64,000 nt of DNA from contig NC_086109.1 of the NCBI RefSeq assembly GCF_963921235.1, positions 36,830,001-36,894,000 of the forward strand, in the 5' to 3' direction. The DNA is from Mobula hypostoma. Its lineage: Eukaryota. Of the stretch, positions 28,096 to 40,718 are shown one piece after another. The first letter of the stretch is position 1; each line of letters opens with the position of its first letter. Under the pieces are notes generated by a model. It was given only the letters and a program-made list of their open reading frames with translations, had not been told where the DNA came from and did not search any database. The position numbers were made by a program, and so were the translations under genes.

Positions 28096-28256
28096 ATGTA
28101 ATTAGCTGAGACCTTTCACCAGGGCTGGACCACAGAGAAGTAGCAGTGAGAGAGAGTCTCATGGAACTGCCCTTGAAGAGACGATTTAAAATTTTTCAGG
28201 GTAGGCATACCTACACCTGCAGAATCTCTTGGACATAGTAAACAGGTGTGCTCCTT

Positions 28257-29825
28257 AGCAACACACACAAAATGCAAAATGCTGGAGGCACACAGTAAGT
28301 CAAGCAGCATCTAAGGAAATTAATAAACAGTCGACGGTTTGGGCAGAGACCCTTCTTAGGACAGCAAAGAAAGGAGAAGATGCTAGAATAAAAAGTTGGA
28401 GGTGGGGGGAAGGAGGATAGCTAGAAGGTGACAAGAGAAGCCCGGTGGGTAGGAAAGATAAAGGGCTTAGAGGAAGAAATCTTATAGAAGAGGAGATTGG
28501 ACCATAGGAACAAGGAAAGCAGGAAGGTATCCACAGGGAAGTAATAGGCAAGTGAGAAGAGGTGTGAGGCCAGAGTGGGGAATAAAAGAAGAGATGGGGG
28601 AAAGATTTTTTTAAACTGGTAGGAGAAATTGATATTCATGCCATCAAGTTGTGCTAACCAAATGGAATATGAGGTGTTGCTCCTCCATCCTGGGGGGACT
28701 CATCTTGGTACAAGAGAAGGCCATGAACCAACATGTTGGAACGGGAGTGGGAAATGGAATTAAAACGTTTTGGCCACCAGTAAGTTCTACTTTTGGCCAA
28801 TTTTGCTGAGGAGCTTAATGAAGTGGTGCCCCAATTTACGACGGGTCTCACCAGTGAAGAGGAGGTTGCATCAGGAGCACATGAAGCAATAGACAATCCC
28901 AGCAGATTCACAGTTAAAATGTTGCCTCACCTGGAAGGACTGTCTGAGGCTCTGAATGGAGGTGAGAGAGGAAGTGAAAGGGCAGGTGTAGCACCTTGGC
29001 TGCTTGCAGGAACAGTGCTGGGAGGGAGATTAGTAGGGAGGGATGTGTGGACAAGGGAATCATGGAGGGAGCGATCCCTGCAGAAAGCAGAAAGAAGGTG
29101 AAGTAAAAATATGTTTGGTGGTAGGGTCCCTTTGGAGATGGTAGGAGTTACAGAGGAAAATTTGTTGGATATGGAGGCTCATGGGCTGGTAGGTAAGTAC
29201 AAGAGGAACTCTATCACAGTTAAGATGGGTGGAAGATAGTGTGAGTGTGGATTTTTGGGAAATGGAGGAATTGCTCCTAATGTAGCCTCGTCTACATCGG
29301 TGAGACCCATCATAAATTGTGGAACCGTTCTTTCAGCACCTCCACTTCATCCACCAAAAGCAGAACTTCCCCATAGCCAAACATTTTAATTCCTATTCCC
29401 ATTCCCATTCCAACATGTTGGTCCATGGCCTCCTCTTGTGTCAAGATGAGGTTATCCTCAGGGTGGCGGTAACCTCCAACGTGATGGTATGAATATTTAT
29501 TTCTTCTTCTGGTAAAAAAGTATTCCATCCCCCTTCACCTCTTCTTCTAGACCCCATTCTGGCCTCTTACCTCTTCAAACCTGCCTCTCACCTCTTCCCT
29601 CCCTTTCTCCTATGGTACGCTTTCTTCTTCCATCTCCAGCCCCTTACACTTCCTAGCAATCTGGATTCACCTATCGCCTTCTAGCTATCATCTGTTTCAT
29701 TCTGACCCTTCCAGTTCTGAAGAAGGGACTTGGCCTGAAATGATATTGCTTGACCTGCTGTGTTCCTCCAGCATTTTCGTATGTGCTGCTTTGGATCTCC
29801 CGAATCCACAGACTTTCTCATGTTT
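28257..29825. mobile_element. Penelope-like element remnant with inverted arrangement
   Basis: Minus-strand GIY-YIG/linker remnant ~28620-29260 (homologous to 38100-38700) and a plus-strand copy ~29280-29825. Hammerhead core CTGAAGA..GAAA at 29717-29740. Confidence 0.85.
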
Positions 29826-30261
29826 ATGATTTACTGCTCCTTATCTCTGTGAAGCTGCCTGACCAATTGATTAAAAAACTTCCATTCCTCATGCGTATTT
29901 CGAAGGCCTAGTCAACCAATGTTATTAATAGTTATGGATAGCAGTGAAAGAAATGACAAATTCAGTTACTCTTTGTGATGTTACTTGAGGAAATTCCTTT
30001 CCTCTTCTTAACATATTGCAATGTTATCTGTTATGTTCATCTAAGAAGGCATTTATTTAACATCTTAACTGAAAAGTGATACCTTCATGTAACAAATCCT
30101 TAATACTATATTCACATGGCAGTGTATATCAGTAGCTTGTACTTTCAGAGTAAAGTCTGGCTAGAAATTAATTCCTGATGTAATAAACTTAAAATAAATT
30201 CACCTCAGAGCTTCATTCTCTGTCTCTAAAATTAATTCCATTGGAGATAGATATAGATATA

Positions 30262-30960
30262 GAGGAGGGGAGGAGAGGATGGCGGTGCAACACAGTGCGC
30301 ATGGCCGCTCCAAAATGATATCATATTTGTTAAATAGGGGCCGTGCACATTCCTGATTTGATGGAGATAGACGTGAGAAGCACGGAGGAACATCTGGAGA
30401 AACTTCTGAAATACCCGCTTCACTGCCGCTGCTACTGTGTAATCGAGAATCTCCGGAGGGGAAGGCCCCATATCCTCGGCTTTGCCTATTGCCTGTTGCC
30501 GGGGCCGGGGTCGAAGCGCTCGGCAGAGATGGTGCTCGGTGCTCGGTGTCAGAGGACTGGTCGGAGGCTCAAAGTTTTTGGACAGACTCAAGAGTTGACT
30601 GTGGTCGGATGCTTCCAGGGTGATGCATCGGCAAGTTTGCGGTGCTGGAAGCTCATGACAGGAAGAAAGTTTTTCTTCCTTCTACCGTCTGCGTGAGATG
30701 ATGGGAATTTCGGGAGACTTTGAGACTTTTTTTTACCGTGCCCATGGTCTGTTCTTATCAAATTACAGTATTGCTTTGCACTGTTGTAACTATATGTTAT
30801 AATTATGTGGTCTTTGTCAGTTTTTCAGTCTTGTTTGTCTTGTGTTTCTGTGATATCATTCTGGAGGAACATTGTATCATTTCTTAATGCATGCATTACT
30901 AAATGACAATAAAAGAGGACTGTGTGTCCTCATAATCTAAAAAAAAATCTAATCTAATCT
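30262..30960 (+). mobile_element. Non-autonomous ~700-bp retroelement with (AATCT)n tail, copy 1
   Basis: CpG-rich 5' end with GATGGCGG and 3' AATAAAAGAGGACTG..(AATCT)n. Collinear with 44108-44735. Confidence 0.8.
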
Positions 30961-31439
30961 ATATATATATTGAGAGAGGGAGAGAGAGAGAGAATAAACT
31001 TCAAAATCAGAGTACATTGTTTTGTTGAGAAAGTGCAAACAAAGAGAAGAATCATATATCTAGCTACTTAAAATTTTAATACAAAGCACTGTATTGGTAA
31101 TGAGCTAAATTACTTGTGGAATTTACTCATCAACTTAACTTTCCATACTGTATATTCTAATCTTGAAACCCTCCATTAGCATTCTTCTTTATGTATGTGA
31201 GGCTGGATTCCAATTATATCTTCAGGATCTGACTGTTTTTAACAAGGCTTTCACGCAAGAAGCTGCCTTGGCTTTTGTGTTGACCCTGTCTAGTAAGAGG
31301 AGATTTAAAGACTAGAAGGGAAATGTTGATTTCTTCCCCGAAGTAAGAAGTGGCATCGGGCTGGTACTCGAGTACTGGATGGCAGAATATTGTTGGAGGG
31401 TAGGAGGGTGGGGCTGTGCAAAGGAATGGTTCCTTAGAT

Positions 31440-32020
31440 AAGGTGTTTATAAGACTTACAGCTTTGCAAGACACCAGTCAGGCTGCACTTAGAATATTAT
31501 CAACAATTTTGGGCACTGTATCTCAGAAAGGATGTGCTGTCATTGGAGAGAGTCCAGAAAAGGTTCACAAAGATGATTCTGGGAATGAAAGGGTTCACAA
31601 ATGAGGAGCGTTTGGCAGCTTTGGGCCTGTTCTCATTGGAATTTAGAAGAATGCCGGGGGATCTCATTGAAGCCTACCAAATGTTGAAAGGGCTAGATAG
31701 GGTGGAGGTAGAGAAGATGGTGGGTGTATCCAGAATTAGAGGGCCCAGCCTCGAAATCAAGGGGCCTCCCTTTAGAACAGAAGTAAGGAGGCATTTTTTT
31801 TTTAGCCAGAGAGTAGTAAATCTGTGGAATGCTCTGCCACAGACTGCAGTGGAACTAAGACAGAAGTTGATCATTTCTGATCGGTCAGGACATCAGGGGA
31901 TATGGTGAGAAGGCAGGTGTATGTGGTTGAATGGGATCCGGGATCAGCCATGATGGAGTAGTGGAGCAGACTCGATGAATTGAATGGCCCAATTCTGCTC
32001 CTATGTCTTATGGTCTTATG
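31440..32020 (+). mobile_element. CR1 LINE 3' fragment
   Basis: LERVQKRFTKMI..LFSLEFRRMPGDLIEAY..FSQRVVNLWNALP. Tail CCTATGTCTTATGGTCTTATG. Confidence 0.93.
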
Positions 32021-33149
32021 GACTCAAGAATAATCCTCACAGAAATGTTTAACTCTCCTTGTCCTGAATTTCAGCTCCCAGCCCTCAAAACAACAAACGT
32101 GCAAACATCCTTCACAACTTAACACCCAAAACTGAGTTCCTGGACACAACGCAACCTCCATTTTCACTGGTATTTAATGGTAGACCAGATGGACCCATGC
32201 TTTTGAGTTTTGTATTAAAATCTCCAGAACATTTTGTTATCCTTTACTGCCTCCACTGAGCTAGAAGTTGGCCCAGGACTTATGAAATAAAATTAAATTT
32301 GTATTGAAGCGTTGAAAGGATTCATTTTTCTACCTACGGCCAGGTCATAAAATGACAGCAACATTGCTTTTTTATAACTCAGAAACAGTGGAAGCTCAGA
32401 AATGACTCCGCATTGTAATATATATAACCAATGAAATTCTCAGCATAGATTATTTCTCAGGAATCTTTGTGAATGTAAGATATGGTTTCATAGGAATCAA
32501 TAAAATTGTAACCATCCATATCCAGGAACTCTTTAAAGTTAAATGGCACTGTTTATACTCAGTGGGAGCTGCATTACAACTTGCATCAAATGCTGGGTAT
32601 CAAAAGATTGAATGGAAAGCAGTGAAGTACTTAAAAGGGTTGAGTCAAGTCAGTTACCTTTACACAACTATATTATTCCACTCAGCAGTAATCATTTCCC
32701 TGCTGACAGCTAAAATGCTGGGAACCATCTTTCCTAACGCCTTTGGTGGAATATTTTCCCACTTAGTGGCTGTTTTATGTGCAGCTCTCAATCATATTCC
32801 ATCATTCTGGCTTTCTTTCAGTTAATGATATTGATATGTAAGGGGGCTAACTTGTCCTCACATTATGGTTTCTGTCACTCCTGTGGATGAATTGATAATC
32901 ACGTTTCAGGGAAGAATATCAATTCCCGGCTGTCGCTCTGGGTTGTCCAGAGATGTAAACATGAATCAACCAGACATTGCTTCAGGGGAACCCAAGAGCA
33001 AAATAATTGGACCATTCCAACGACTGCGGGCTGCATTTTTACTCCAAAGCATGGGTGGGTGGCAGCAAAAGAATAAGAAGATGAAAATCCAAATCAGAAA
33101 CAGAGAATGCTGGACACACTCAGCAGATCAGGCAATTTCAGTGAAGAGA

Positions 33150-33582
33150 ATATCCTCAGCACTGAACACACTCGACAGTTGTGGAGTCATTTTGGAGGAT
33201 TCTACAGTTCATGTTCCATGTGTTTCTGGTTAGTCCTCTTTTGCTCTTTGCACAATTTGATAAAAGCGCTTCGGCACAGAACTGGGTCTGAGACTGAGGC
33301 CTGCAGACATCAACACAGAGCAGAAATGAACTGACTTGATGGCTGTGATACCTGGACCATTCTAGAGACTCTGCAGTTCGATGTTTTATATTATGGGCCT
33401 TATTTGCCTGTTTTTTTTTTCTGTTTGTATGAATTGTTCTTTTCTTGCAAGTTGGGTGTTTGATGTTTTCTTTAAACGGGCTCCATGGTGTTTTTTTGTT
33501 CCATGGCTGCCTTAGGGAAGATGAATCTCAGGGTTGTGTACCATATACATACCTAGTTAATAAATGCACTTTGAAACTTTGA
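33150..33582 (+). mobile_element. Non-autonomous Rex1-tailed element inserted in a Penelope terminal repeat
   Basis: Tail AATAAATGCACTTTGAAACTTTGA and apparent TSD GAAGAGA (33143-33149, 33583-33589). Penelope repeat halves lie on both sides. Confidence 0.55.
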
Positions 33583-34147
33583 GAAGAGAGTTTTCATTTC
33601 AGGTCAAGGGCCCTTCATCATATCTGGAAATGTCTGAAGACAAACACCTTATGCTTTGCAGGCAGATGGAGGTGAAGAAGAAAAGTGCGGGGATGTCCAT
33701 AAAAGGTGAAGACCTAAGTGGGAGAGGTATTAAAAACTGAAATGGGAACAAAACCCACGTGGAGTCAGTTTTAGGGAGGTGAGAGAATGGGTGACCAATG
33801 GGTTGTAGGTTGGTTGGTTAATTGCTACATTGAGCAAACTTGCCTTCATGATAATTGTCATTGTCTCTTTAACCTCACGGCAGATAGTTTTGCTGGACTT
33901 TGGAAAATCCAGCAGATAAACAGAAGTGAGGATGGCTTGAATCCACAAAGTAATTTGCGTACATCATTAGGGGTAATGAGTCACCCTGTCAATTCCTCAC
34001 CCACATATAGTAAGTTTCACTCCAGCACTAGCACTGCCAACCAGGCACTATCTGCTCCCTGTGCTGCAAGATTTATACAACATAGTAATCTGAAAGAGCA
34101 AGAAAGACTTCTGGCTAGAAAAAGAACAAAGCTTTATCAGATTATAA

Positions 34148-34346
34148 CACAGAAAATGCTGGAAGAACTCAGCAGGTTACGGAGTATTTATAGAGCGGAA
34201 TATCTCAGTCCAAGGACTTTCATTAGGACAGGTAAAGGGTTTAAGCCTGAAATGTTAGCTCTTTCTTCCTCTCCATAGATGCTACCTAAACTGCTGAGTT
34301 TGTATGTGTTATGTGGATTTCCAGCATCTACAGAATCACTTGTGTT
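34148..34346. mobile_element. Degraded Penelope fold-back element
   Basis: Inverted family motifs (AATGCTGGAAGAACTCAGCAGG ... CTGCTGAGTT..GGATTTCCAGCATCTACAGAATC). Confidence 0.7.
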
Positions 34347-34449
34347 TATTAGATTATCAATAGATTTATCTAGTTTAATCAATATTCTATCCCATAACCA
34401 TCATCATAACTCATTTTCCATTCTTGTTTTGAAGAAGACACCTTTTTCT

Positions 34450-34626
34450 CAATGGTGGATAAAATAGGGTCTTTTAAGAGACTCTTAGATAGGTACATAG
34501 AGCTTAGAAAAATAGAGGGCTATGCAGTAGGGAAATTCTAGGCAGTTTCTAGATTAGGTTACATGGTCAGCACAACATTGTGGGCCAAAGAGCCTGTAAT
34601 GTGCTATAGATTTCCATGTTTCTATG
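34450..34626 (+). mobile_element. CR1 3' fragment
   Basis: Reverse-complement match to the 14410-14600 3' UTR; TTTCTATG tail. Confidence 0.85.
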
Positions 34627-35210
34627 TCCACATGTCACTTCATGGCATTAATGAAATAAATAGATAATGAAATAACTAACAATATATCTGGACTATAAAG
34701 CAAAACTGTAATCCTAGATGATAATAATTTTAAAAATCTATAGCTGTTTGAAGTTTCCAAATTCTGATGAAAGCTCTATACCTCGAACATAAGCTGTTTC
34801 TCTTTCTACACATTATGTTCAACGGCTGGGTGTTTCCAGCTTTTCCGGTTTTTGTTTAAGAAAGGTTGTCGGAGGGTTATATAGCCTTTGATGCTGAGGA
34901 GGGGGAAAAAATTCTTTCATCCCCCCTTTCAACCATGCACATCTCTCTAAAATTTAGTGAAATTAACTTTCCCACTCTGGAAGCTGTAAGGAAATAACAG
35001 CTAATTCAAGGGTCTCATATTAAGTACTCAGCACTTAAGAAATCAAGATTTCATGGTGCATGGAAGTAGGTGTCCAACAATGGGCTTGTAACCTACTCTA
35101 AAACTATAATTTTTACAGGTTTTCCAACCAAGTAGTTTGTATAACTTGCTTGAATGAACTGAACACCAATATTTACAAAGAAACATAGATGTAAAATCTG
35201 ACATATTCTT

Positions 35211-36544
35211 TTTTTAAATTTTTTAAATTCAATTTTCAAATTTAATTACTTAGAATAATATCTACCCTCCCCCTCCCCTTAACCCTTCCCCCTGTAACAT
35301 ACCCCTACCTAAAAAAAAGGGAAAAAAAGGAAAAAACAAAGAAGGAAAGAAAGACTGCCTGGATATTGGAAAGTCTCCACATGCTCCATTGGATTCGAAA
35401 TAAATTTAATATATGTATTTGTTTCTTTCCCCAGAGGATCAACATCTTTATCATTGGAGCACCTATATATACAATCCTATCTTTTGTAAATAAGGGCACC
35501 AAATACTCAAAAATGTTTCATATTTATTCCTTAAATTATAAGTAATTTTTTCAAGTGGAATACAGCTAAAGATTTCATTATTCCAACGGTCCATACTTAG
35601 ATACGAATCTGATTTCCAAGTAACTGCAATAGCCTTCTTGGCTACTGCCAATGCAATTTTTTATAAATTATTTCTGATATTTATTCAATTTAAGTTTCCA
35701 TTTTATCCCTTCAATGTCACCTAATAAAAATAATATTGGGTTATGTGGAAGTTGTGTTTCAATAACTTGTTCCAATAAAACTCTTAAATTTATCCAAAAA
35801 GGTTGAATTTTGAAACAAGACCAAGTAGAATGTAAGAAAGTACCAATTTCTTGATTACACTGAAAACATTGATCAGATAAGTTTGGGTTTAATCTATTTA
35901 TTTTTTGCGGTGTAATATATAATTGATGTAAAAAATTATATTGTGCTAATCTAAGTCGAACATTAATTTATTTGCTGATGGTGTTTTGATCTATTTAACA
36001 AACCCATTGCATTTGTTGCGTAAATTATCTTCTAGATTGGAAGAATATGGGAAAGTATCAGGGTATAAAATAAACTGGGATAAAAGTGAAATTTTACCCT
36101 TTACTAAAGGAGACTACAGTCAATGTTGATTAGCAACTCAATTTAGATGGCCGATAAATGGCATAAATTATTTAGGTATAAGAGTTGATAATGATATAAA
36201 GAATTTATATAAATTAAATTATTTATCACTATTGAAAAAAATTCAAGAAGATCTTGATAAATGGATGATGTTACCAATAACATTAGTGGATAGAGTTAAT
36301 GCTGTAAAAATGAATATATTTCCTAGATTACAGTATCTATTTCAAACACTACCAATACAATTGCCTCGGAAGTTTTTTTCAAGAGTTAAATAAATGTGTG
36401 AGGAAATTTCTTCGGAAAGGTAAGATGTCAAGAATATCGTTGGAAAAATTGACATGGAAATTTGACTTAGGAGGGTTACAACTTCTAAATTTTAAGAATT
36501 ATTATAAAGCAAATCAACTTAGATTTATTGCATCTTTTTTTGAC
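35211..36544 (-). mobile_element. L1-clade LINE, 5'-truncated with inversion
   Basis: Minus segment 35211-35967 has A-rich tail and CCHC knuckle CFQCNQEIGTFLHSTWSC. Plus segment 35962-36544 has NLFADGVLIY, SGYKINWDKSE, YLGI. Perfect 16-bp TSD AATCTGACATATTCTT. Confidence 0.92.
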
Positions 36545-36839
36545 AATCTGACATATTCTTGATTTGGGAACAAAATAGATGAAAGTTATAGAATGAAGTC
36601 AATGTATTAAGATGCTTTCCTCATTGTGATGATGCTTTTATGGATATGCTGCTGAGAACAATATGAACATATCCAGAGTTAGTGGCCCCTGCTGAATGCT
36701 GGAAGAAGACTGCTTTTGTCTTACTGGTAGCTAGTGTAGTTAATAACAATACTGCCGCTCCCATTGATTAAAAGCCAAAAGTAGTTCAGTAAAATATCAG
36801 GTAGAGAACGTGAGTGATACAGTGTATTAAACTAGACAG

Positions 36840-37544
36840 TGTAAGGGGGTTTCGTCTTTCATGTTACTGTGTAGGCTAATTAGAATGTCTTCTTTGTTAT
36901 GTTATACTTGGGAATGCTTCTTTGTTATGTTAAACGCTGAGAAAGTTCTTGTGTTGGCAGTTTGTTTTGGATTATCTACTGATAAGAGGACAAATGAACC
37001 GATTGGGTTAGTTGTTATGCCTGAGGGGTGTCTGTAAGAGATTGTATTGGCGGGGTTTTGGGAGCAGAAGGCGGGAGAGAGAGACAGAGGATGGACCAGG
37101 TCCTGTGAGTCCGCTAATGGGGTCGGACCCCGAGAAGGGCGTTCAGCGAGGAGAGGAGACGGAGACGGACTCGTGTGGAGCGTCTGGTCGACCACTGTTG
37201 TTGGTCCCAGGCGGCCGGTCGAGCTGGTCCGAGTGGTTGCAGGGTGAAGAAGAAGGGTCCTGAGCTCCAACTGTTTGTGCACAAAGAGATAGAAGTTTGA
37301 TAAATGTGGCACCTTTTATTTTTCTTTTATATTTTATTCTCTATTATTTATATAGTTCCAGTAATATCTATAAACTGTAAATCATTTAATTGTATCTAGT
37401 GTATTGTCTGTTATTTGGGTGGGGTGGGGTACATCACACAGCATCCACACAAACTAATTACCCAGTTTGGCGGGGCCGAGGGCTGTTTCCCTAGACGACA
37501 GCGAGCCGAGCGACCCTGAGTTTGGCCGGGGGGGGGGGGCTACA
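36840..37544. mobile_element. Probable solo LTR (705 bp)
   Basis: Termini TGTA...TACA, GC/CpG-rich relative to flanks, short flanking duplication CAG. Confidence 0.65.
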
Positions 37545-37606
37545 CAGTATATTGAGCAAAAATCTCTCAGTCCAAATGAAGGATCTAAAGACAGAACACA
37601 ATCTCA

Positions 37607-39010
37607 TAGACACAAGAAAACCTGCAGGTGCTGGAAATCCAAAGTGACACACAGAATGCTGGAGGAATGCAACAGACCAGGCAGCGTCTATGGAAAAGAG
37701 TGAACAGTTGACATTACAGGCCGAAACCCTTTGTCTGGACTGGAAAGGAAGTGGAAAATCAGAGTAAGAAGTTGGGGGGGAGGGAAAGAAGCATTGCTAA
37801 GTGGCAGATTATAGATGAAACCTGGAGAGGGGGAGCGGTGAAGTAAAGAGCTGGAAAATTGACTGGTGAAAGAGGTAAAGAGCTCATGAGGGGGGATCTG
37901 ATAAGAGACGACAGAAGACTACAGAAGAAATTGAGGTGTACCAGTGGAGGGGCACCAGAGGGAGTTGCTGGGCAGGGAAGGAGATAAGTTGAAAGAGAGA
38001 AACAGAAATGGGGAATAGTGATGGGGGGGTGGAATTTCCTGGAATACCTGTGATATTCATACACTGAATTAAATATGGGTGAAATGAGAAATTGATATTC
38101 ATGTCATCAGGTTAGTGGCTATTTCCAGGTTGCTCCTCCATCCTGAGTATGGCTTCATCATGGCAGTAGAGGAGGCCATGGACAAACAGTCAGTATGGAA
38201 TGGGAAGTAGAATTGAAATGGTTGGCTAATGGGAGATCCCACTTCTTCTAGTGGATGGAGTGAAGGTGCTCAGTGAAGTGGTCTCCCAGTCTACATCAGG
38301 TCTCCCTGACATACAGGAGGCCACACCAGGAGCAGCAGATACAGTAGATGACCTCAAAAGACTCACAGGTGAAGTGTCTCCTCACCTGCAAGGACTGTTT
38401 GGGGCCCTGAATGGTAGTGAGGGAGGAGGTGTAGGGGCAGGTGTAACATTTGTTCTGCTTGCATGAGTAAGTGCCAGGAGGGAGATCAGTGGGGAGGGAC
38501 AAATGGGCAAGGGAGCCACATAGGGAACAATCCCTGTGGAAAGCTGAAAGTGGAGGGAAGTGAAAGATGTGCTTGGTTGTGGGATCCCGTTGGAGATGGC
38601 AGAAGTTACAAAAAATTATACACTGGATGTGGAGGCTAGTGGGTTGGTAGGTGAAGACAAGAGGAGCTCAATCCTTGGTGCAGCGGCGGGTGGATGGGGT
38701 GAGAGCAGACGTGCATGAAATTGAAGGGATGCAGGTAAGGGCAGCGTTGATGGTGAAGGATAGGAAGCCCCTTTCTTTGAAGAAGGAGGACATCTCAGTT
38801 GTTCTGCAATGAAAAGCCTCATCCTGAGCGCAGATGTGATGGAGATGGAGGAGCTGAGAGAAGGGGATGGCACTTTTACGAGTGACAGGTTGGGAAGAGG
38901 TATGATCCAGACAGCTATGAGAGTCCTTGGGTTTATAAAAGATATCAGACAGTCTCCAGAGATGGAAAGGGTGATCAAGAATGGGGAGAGAGATATCAGA
39001 AATGGACCAA
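37607..39010 (-). mobile_element. Penelope-like element 3' part (RT C-terminus, Cys-rich linker, GIY-YIG)
   Basis: CKQNKCYTCPYTSSLTTIQGPKQSLQVRRHFTCES..VIYCICCSWCGLLYVRET. Terminal repeat with degenerate hammerhead at ~37705-37741. Confidence 0.9.
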
Positions 39011-40640
39011 AATCACATAGCTCCTACGTTTTACCTCCAAAACAGACTTTTTTCTTTATTACTAGCACACTAAAGTAGTGATGTCACTTGTCCTGGAATG
39101 AGTGCTCCCCAATCCAAAGTTTCCATTATTTCTTTTTTATTTCTTAACTACTTCTCACACCCCTACAATCCCATTATCTCTACCATGCATGAATTATGTA
39201 CAGTATATACAGTGAGGTAAGCCTTTTAGCAATGTCAGCCTTCAGTGACTATGCGCTATTTAAGCCCTTAAGCTTGTGTACCTCATGTACTGCTTGAGTA
39301 CTGTGGAGTTCTGTCTTTACCTTACATGCGCAATAGTATGCTTCCATCCTGGATTTTATTGGATTGCTGTTGGGCTGGTAACCTGGCATGTGTTTACTAA
39401 AGTTCACTTGAACCTAACATGGTTCAGGTTATTTTGATTTCATACTTTATCTGCCTGCAAACCAGCAAAATTCCTCGTTGTCACTCTGCTGCATGATCAT
39501 CTGCCTGTTCTCTACAGAGCCAATTCACTATTCCCTCCTACAGATCTCAACCCAAAATGTTTACTCTTTCATAGATACTGCCTGACCTACTGAGTTCCTC
39601 TAGAAGCTCTTTTCTTTTGCTCCAGATTCTAGTATCTACAGTCTCTCTTGTCTCTCTGAACTATATTTTAAAATGTGCAACAGACCCCCTCATATTGATT
39701 CTTCCACCCTACTCCAGCAAATGTCTCTTCACACAAACTATTCAAAAGGTACCCACAAACTGACACTCAATATATTCTATTTAAATCATATATCTCTCTC
39801 AATCATCTTCAACAAATAGAAAATCATTAATCCAACACGTCATTCTCTCACTCATAGTCTCCTTCTTGCAAGAGAAGAAAGCACATGCACCCAGGTATGA
39901 CAGAGAGTTGAAATTGGTCCTTCAGTAATGTTGCAAATGATAGCGTTGTGGGTGGAGGTGCTGGACATCATTGGCTCAGGATGTTCCGCCAGGGAAGTGT
40001 GGAGAGTTGCAAATATTTATGTTGTACAATTAAACATCACCTACTGTATATGTATAATTTCAGATCGATTTTGAGGATGTGACGAGTACACATGCAGCCA
40101 GTCAATCATGTGGTGAATCAACTGGGCCTCCTATGTGCAGGAAGTACTCTCTTTTGGACACGGGCTTTTGAGTGTGCATGTTTTCATCTCAGCAAGCCCG
40201 CTCCCACACCGTAAGTTGCCCAGTGTCTACCGCTAATAACATGACTCATTGAAGAGGTTTAATCATACCGCTATTGTTATTCTCGCTGTGCGCATACGTG
40301 ACACTATATGCACAGTGAATTACCACTCATAGCTTCACCAATAGCAAATTAGAAAGTGATTATGTCCATAATGGTTAGGTGAAGTATCCTGACTAATATT
40401 TTCAATTCATATCAATTATCTCCCAAAGGGGTTTTCAGTGTCTCTTGGGAGAAGGAGGCAATAACTCCTCTAAGGAAATTGTTCACTTTGAGGGTATATT
40501 GTAGCAGTTTGCAAGCAGACCATGCACCAGCAAATCATTTACATCTTTGTCCTTTTCCACTCGTGACTTGGTGCTTTCTAATCTAATTTCTATTCATAAT
40601 ACTCATCCTCAAATTATTCCCATCTCCTTCATATTCTTAC

Positions 40641-40718
40641 CTTGAGTCGCTGGACTTCTCGTATCCATTACTATGCTATTTGTTTCTGACACTGCTTGAA
40701 ATAATGAATCACTTTGCT
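40641..40718 (-). CDS. Candidate internal coding exon of an unidentified host gene: (E)QSDSLFQAVSETNSIVMDTRSPATQ(G)
   Basis: Acceptor TTCTCTTCCTAG, donor CAAG|GTAAGA, 78 nt, phase 1-1, only one open frame, in non-repetitive DNA. Confidence 0.5.

Noticed and set aside
32469..34278. Long ORFs of 118, 122 and 163 aa
   Set aside because: No recognisable domain or splice support; two of them run into repeat sequence.
40064..40171. Caveolin-like IDFEDV peptide right after a TTTCAG acceptor
   Set aside because: Similarity ends after six residues (no IAEP motif or hydrophobic hairpin) and the frame stops after 35 codons.
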